In this document: piece by piece, positions 59,755 through 64,000 of the stretch
Layout: each line of letters begins with the position of its first letter
Position numbering within the stretch: position 1 is the stretch's first letter
Assembly: GCA_963753345.1 (NCBI GenBank)
Contig: CAVWBU010000016.1
Location: 1 to 64,000, forward strand
Length of the DNA stretch: 64,000 nucleotides
Source of the DNA: an uncultured Fibrobacterota bacterium
GTDB taxonomy: Bacteria > Fibrobacterota > Chitinivibrionia > Chitinivibrionales > FEN-1185
Reading direction: 5' to 3'
Made by a program: the position numbers and the translations under genes
Notes under the pieces: model-generated
Told to the model about the DNA's origin: nothing
Database searches by the model: none
Seen by the model: only the letters and a program-made list of their open reading frames with translations

Positions 59755-60747
59755 CTATTTCGAAAACATCGAAAGGTTTTCTTTGTACGACGTATCCGCG
59801 TACACGATCTTCGAAACCGACATCAGGCTGTCCACGAAGTGCTTCACCACGTCGTTCTGTTTCCTGAGCGTGAGCACTTTCCGTATCTGGTCCCTTGCCT
59901 TTTCGAAGGGCTGCGGCGGCAGCATCTCCTCCCCCGTCTTCTTTGCAATGTGAAACCCCGCCTCGGTCTCGAAGACGGCGCTCACCTCGTTCGGCTTGAG
60001 GGACGTGGCGACCACGTCGAATTCCTTCTTGAGATCCCCCTTCTTGAACCATCCGATGTCGCCGCCCGCCTGCGCCGTTGACGGGTCCTGCGAGTACTTC
60101 TTCGCGGCGGCGGCAAAATCCTTCCCGGCCTTGACTTCCGCAAGTACCTGAGCCGCCTTGTCGGCCGCAGCCTTCTTCTGCGCCGGCGTGGCGTCCTTCT
60201 TGACGGTAATAAGAATCTGGCTCACCCTGAACCGCTTTTCCGATGCGAATTGCGCCTGGTTCGCGTCGTAATATTCCTTGCATGACTTGTCGGGCACAGT
60301 GTCCGAAGACCTGCCGAGCGACTTGATGAGGGTGTCGATAAGCAGCCCGTCACGCACCTGGTTGCGCATGTCCTGCCTGGTTTGTCCCATTTTGGCAAGT
60401 TCCCTGTCCAGCGTTGCGGAATCGGGAAACTGTTTCTTGATGCCGTCGAGCGTCTGCTCCAACCGCGCCGGGTCGCAGGCGACTTTGCGCTTCTTGGCTT
60501 CCTGAAGCACCACTTCGTTGGCGACAAGCTGGCGCGCGACGTTTTTCTTTATCTCCGGCGGGATCCCTTCCAAGGCTTTCTGGGGGAAGGCAGCGGCCAT
60601 CTGCTGCTTGTACAGCTCGACGACTTTGTCGATGTTATCTTTCTTCAGCCAGACGCCGTTCACGCATATCACGCCGTCCTTGGGCTTGTTTTCACCGGCG
60701 CAGCAAACGAGGAGCGCAAGCAGCAGCAGGGGCAGAGACTTTTTCAT
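59755..60747 (-). CDS. Parvulin-type peptidylprolyl isomerase (SurA/PrsA-like lipoprotein)
   Basis: MKK-hydrophobic-CC leader, SurA_N-like region, VSQILI, FAAAAKKYSQDP...GGDIG, T.AGFHI. Confidence 0.93.
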   Translation of the reverse strand: MKKSLPLLLLALLVCCAGENKPKDGVICVNGVWLKKDNIDKVVELYKQQMAAAFPQKALEGIPPEIKKNVARQLVANEVVLQEAKKRKVACDPARLEQTLDGIKKQFPDSATLDRELAKMGQTRQDMRNQVRDGLLIDTLIKSLGRSSDTVPDKSCKEYYDANQAQFASEKRFRVSQILITVKKDATPAQKKAAADKAAQVLAEVKAGKDFAAAAKKYSQDPSTAQAGGDIGWFKKGDLKKEFDVVATSLKPNEVSAVFETEAGFHIAKKTGEEMLPPQPFEKARDQIRKVLTLRKQNDVVKHFVDSLMSVSKIVYADTSYKENLSMFSK

Positions 60748-60878
60748 GGGAAAACCTTTCGGGATGAACGTTGATTTTGCAGGATGTAAAGGAAAATGAG
60801 AGTAAGGAGAGAAAATATATAATGGATGATTGGGGGATTTGTCTAAAATGAAAAGCAAGAGCAAGAAATTTATCTATA

Positions 60879-61027
60879 GGGGGAAGTTTCCCCCTCGCTT
60901 CAGCCCGGCGCGCTTCCATATATTTTTGCTTATTGTCAACCGCGCCCCAGTCTTTCGCTACCCCCTCCTGGGTGCACCCCAAGTGGGGCCGGTTGCAAGA
61001 ATCAAACACCCGTGTGGGGGCACCCGA
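60879..61027 (+). repeat. Structured repeat family B, full copy
   Basis: GGGGGAAGTTTCCCCCTC..GCCCGG..CGCTACCCCCTCCTGGGTG..CCCAAGTGG..AATCAAACACC.GTG.GGGGGCACCCGA. Confidence 0.85.
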
Positions 61028-61034
61028 GTAGAGT

Positions 61035-61066
61035 AGTTGAAGAGTTGAAACGTTGAATAGTTTCAA
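61035..61066. repeat. Degenerate 8-bp tandem repeat (AGTTGAAN)
   Basis: agttgaag agttgaaa cgttgaat agtttcaa; similar to 8589-8628. Confidence 0.55.
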
Positions 61067-61116
61067 GAAGGAAAATTGATCCTTTAAATGAGGTTTCGAG
61101 CCAGCGCAATAGTCAA

Positions 61117-61336
61117 CTTGACCGAATAGATTTCTTTTGCCGCGCGTTAGGCAGGACTGGAGGTCCCGCTATAGCGGGATGCCGCCCGGACCCGGCCCTG
61201 TGGGCCATAGGGCCGTGGCGGCCCGAGGCCGAAGGCCGACGACCCTTGGAAGCACCCGAAGGGGTGGACCGGAAGGACGGCCGACCCAAAAAGAAAGGCG
61301 CAAAATCATGCGCCTTTCTTTTTGGGGAACGCCCAA
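61117..61336 (+). repeat. Structured repeat family A, copy 3 (last hairpin may terminate the convergent HD-GYP gene)
   Basis: CTTGACCGAATAGATTTCTTTTGCCGCGCGTTAGG...GAAGCACCCGAAGGGGTGGACCGGAAGGA..CCCAAAAAGAAAGGCGCA/TGCGCCTTTCTTTTTGGG-GAACGCCCAA. Confidence 0.88.
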
Positions 61337-61354
61337 TTCTCTTCTTCTTATTTT

Positions 61355-63370
61355 CTATACTAAGTCCTCATCTTCCACCCACTTCTTCTTCTTCGCAACT
61401 CTCAAGAACGCCTCGACCACGTCCGGGTCGAATTCCGCGTTGATGCCGTCCTTGAGCCGCTTCACCGCTTCTTTCTTTCCGAGACTGGTCCGGTAGGGCC
61501 GGTTGGAGGTCATCGCCTCGAACGCGTCCGCGACGCGGATGATGCGTGCGCCGAGGGGAATCATTTCTCCCTTGAGACCGTCGGGATAACCGGTGCCGTC
61601 GAAGTTCTCGTGGTGGTAGAGAATCAGGCGGTGAAGATCCTGGAGAAACGGCACATCCTTGACGATGTTCGCGCCCAGCGACGAATGGGTCTTCATGATG
61701 CCGTTGAATTCCTCGTAGGTGAGCGATCCGTGTTTGTTAAGGATGTACCCGGGGATGCCGATCTTGCCGATGTCGTGGAGCAGGCCGGCGTCGCGGATGC
61801 TGTTCGCCTTCCTGCTCTCCAGACCCATCTCATGCGCTATTTCCTCGGCGATGTTCATCACGTTTTCCGAGTGGCCGTGGGTGTACGTGTCCTTTGCGTC
61901 GACCGCAATGGCAAGAGCCTTGATGGTGCGTATGTAATTTTCCTTCATGTCGTTGTAGAGCTTCGAATTGGTGAGCGCGATGCGCGTCTGGCTCACGATG
62001 CTCGAAAGCAGGGTGAGCTGCTCGTGTTTGTCCTGGATGTCCTTCATGGCGCCGAAGAACAGCCCGCCGTAATCGAACTGCTCCCCCACGATGGGGACCG
62101 CGTACTTGAACGCGAGCGGCATCACGATGTTCGGCGCGAATTCCATGGGCGGAACAAGCTGGCGGTACGTCACGCGCTTCTGCTGGACCCTGCTGTGGGT
62201 GGCGCGGTTAAACTCAAGGATGATTTCCGCGCAGACCTTTTCGGTGTCCTGCTGGCTGAGCGCGCCCCTCGACCAGTAGAGAAACTCGTGCGTGCGCTTC
62301 TGGACAATAAGGAATGCGATGACGTCGATGGGGAAATGCTTCTGGACCGTGGTGAACAGACACTTGATGACGTCGTTCTCGTCGACCAGCCCCATGAGCT
62401 GTTCCGAAAACGTGCTGATGAGCGACAGTTCGTCGAGTTTCTGCCGGATGGACGAGAGGAGATTGGCGTTGTTGATGGCGATGCTCGCCTGCGCGGCAAG
62501 CATGTTGATGAGATTGAGCTCAACCATGGAGAACTGCTCTTTGTTCCTCCCGCGGTTGAGGTTGACGACGCCGATCACATCATCGGACACCTTGAGCGGC
62601 ACCGAAAGCGACGAACCGATGTCCTGTCGGTTGAGCGAGAGCGACTCGTCCGGCAGCTTTTCATTTTCCGAAAGGAGGAGCGAGCGTCCGTGTTTGAGCA
62701 CCCATTTCGATATCGCCCATTCGTCCGCCTTGTCAAGTGACGACCGCACCTGGGTGAGCTGGATGCCTTTCTGGCGCACGATGACGATCTCGTTTGCCTC
62801 CTTGGACACCAGCTGTATGGATCCGGTCTCGGCCTTCGAGACGCTCAGACAGTAATGAAACGTGATGTCGAGCAGCTCTTCCAGATCGTGGGTGCCGGTG
62901 AGCTTGTTTGTTATTTCGTGCAGCGACACGAGCTGCGAAAGGAGCGTGTTCTCGTGCACGAGTTTCGTCGTCTGCAGCGCGCGCGTCACCTTCTGCCGCA
63001 GCGTGTCCAGCTCGAACGGCTTTATGATGTAATCGAACGCGCCGCTCTGAATGGCCTCGATCGCGGTGTTGATGTCGGGATGCGCGGTGGTGACGATGAC
63101 CGGAACGTTGGCCCCGTTTTTCCGCGTCCTGCTGAGGAACTGCATGCCGTCCATGACCGGCATGTGGATGTCGAGGATCACGAGATGCGGTCTGAGTTCT
63201 TCGTAGATCTCAACGGCCTGAAGACCGTTGAAGGCCAGCACCGTCTTGTAGCCGAGCCCGGAAAAAAATTTGGAAAGCGCGTTGCAGAGCGTGTGGTCGT
63301 CGTCGACTATCAGAATCAGGTATTCTTCACCGGTGTCCATGGGTAACGGCTCTTTGTCAAGCTTCATCAT
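61355..63370 (-). CDS. REC-GAF-HD-GYP cyclic di-GMP phosphodiesterase
   Basis: ILIVDDD..LDIHMP.MDG..KP, GAF (LSVPL..IGVVNL), DTYTHGHS, HDIGK, HHENFDGTGYPDGL. Start may be 63370, 63367 or 63340. Confidence 0.95.
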   Translation of the reverse strand: MMKLDKEPLPMDTGEEYLILIVDDDHTLCNALSKFFSGLGYKTVLAFNGLQAVEIYEELRPHLVILDIHMPVMDGMQFLSRTRKNGANVPVIVTTAHPDINTAIEAIQSGAFDYIIKPFELDTLRQKVTRALQTTKLVHENTLLSQLVSLHEITNKLTGTHDLEELLDITFHYCLSVSKAETGSIQLVSKEANEIVIVRQKGIQLTQVRSSLDKADEWAISKWVLKHGRSLLLSENEKLPDESLSLNRQDIGSSLSVPLKVSDDVIGVVNLNRGRNKEQFSMVELNLINMLAAQASIAINNANLLSSIRQKLDELSLISTFSEQLMGLVDENDVIKCLFTTVQKHFPIDVIAFLIVQKRTHEFLYWSRGALSQQDTEKVCAEIILEFNRATHSRVQQKRVTYRQLVPPMEFAPNIVMPLAFKYAVPIVGEQFDYGGLFFGAMKDIQDKHEQLTLLSSIVSQTRIALTNSKLYNDMKENYIRTIKALAIAVDAKDTYTHGHSENVMNIAEEIAHEMGLESRKANSIRDAGLLHDIGKIGIPGYILNKHGSLTYEEFNGIMKTHSSLGANIVKDVPFLQDLHRLILYHHENFDGTGYPDGLKGEMIPLGARIIRVADAFEAMTSNRPYRTSLGKKEAVKRLKDGINAEFDPDVVEAFLRVAKKKKWVEDEDLV

Positions 63371-63455
63371 CAAGGGTGCCGCAGGATCCGGGCGAAAAGA
63401 CCGCGAACACCGGGGTGACCTGAAAAACGGAATCGCTGCATTTCAGTATACAATC

Positions 63456-64000
63456 TTAGTGCCGATATGTCACGCTCAATTGATACGTGGGCGCGAGTTC
63501 GTGAGTGAGACATGCAAAGTCGAGCGCCACCTGTTTCTTGAACAGGGCGATTCCGCACCCGAACGTCCACGCATTGACCATGCTGTGGCCCACGCGCACG
63601 GCGACAACATCCATGATCCGGTATTCGAGCCCCACGTTCCCGCTTAAGAGAAACCACCACGGATCGTTCTGGAGTTTGGGTACATCGGGTTCGTCGGTGG
63701 GCACCGGCAGGTTCTGCTCCGAAGCGGTTGCGCTGTCCAGCCCTCCGAAAACGGAAGACGAGTTTATCGACGTGGCGCCCTGGTTCGAAAGCATATCGAG
63801 GGTCTTGTAGTTGATCTTTATGTGGCCGTATATGTAGGGTATGTCCTTTTCCCATCCGAGACCCAGAAAGAGATGAGGATAGGCTTTTTCGGAATAGGCG
63901 GCGCTCCACCTCGTGTACTGGGAGGTGATGTTCTCACAAAGCAAGCCGAGCCTGATCTCCGGACGCGGGAAATCGAGCAGCATCCCCGCATCGAGGCCCA
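63456..64000 (-). CDS. Outer-membrane beta-barrel, PorV/PorQ-like (5' end runs off the right edge)
   Basis: Amphipathic strands GLDAGML, GLLCEN, GLEY.I..VAVRVG, FGCGI, LDFA...HEL..TYQLSVTY. Confidence 0.6.
   Translation of the reverse strand, partial: GLDAGMLLDFPRPEIRLGLLCENITSQYTRWSAAYSEKAYPHLFLGLGWEKDIPYIYGHIKINYKTLDMLSNQGATSINSSSVFGGLDSATASEQNLPVPTDEPDVPKLQNDPWWFLLSGNVGLEYRIMDVVAVRVGHSMVNAWTFGCGIALFKKQVALDFACLTHELAPTYQLSVTYRH

Noticed and set aside
61265-61283. GGACCGGAAGGACGGCC resembling the SRP RNA domain IV loop
   Set aside because: It lacks the CAGG/AGCAG internal loop and is part of multi-copy family A.
1-64000. tRNA, rRNA, integrase, transposase or prophage genes
   Set aside because: None was recognised by eye. 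A tRNAscan/Rfam/HMM run would be needed to exclude divergent ones.

Overview
GC-rich bacterial chromosomal window, most likely Fibrobacterota (Chitinivibrionia/Chitinispirillaceae-like). This is inferred from a fibro-slime protein, a TIGR02171-like lipoprotein and CTD-like secreted proteins. It holds about 35 genes: housekeeping and metabolism (metF, divergent aroC, aconitase, lepB, PhoH2, DsbD, PPIase, M16 pair, RACo), signalling (PAS kinase, REC-GAF-HD-GYP), surface glycan genes (wzy, wzz, GT2, GT-C) and large secreted proteins. No rRNA, tRNA, CRISPR array, integrase or transposase was recognised. Main highlights: (1) a low-GC island at 8.8-13.3 kb where a HEPN gene, a type II R-M pair and a methyltransferase each end in a long, branched attC-like site, suggesting an integron cassette array with no integrase in the window; (2) at least four families of dispersed, structured intergenic repeats, one with clear compensatory base changes, swappable hairpins and a nested GTAG REP; (3) secreted proteins with a T9SS-CTD-like module nested inside an N-terminal beta-sandwich; (4) an active/inactive pair of membrane-TPR-C39-like proteins next to a catalytically dead serine hydrolase. 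Five genes are split by extra-base frameshifts that look like long-read assembly errors. All calls come from reading the sequence by eye; no database searches were run.
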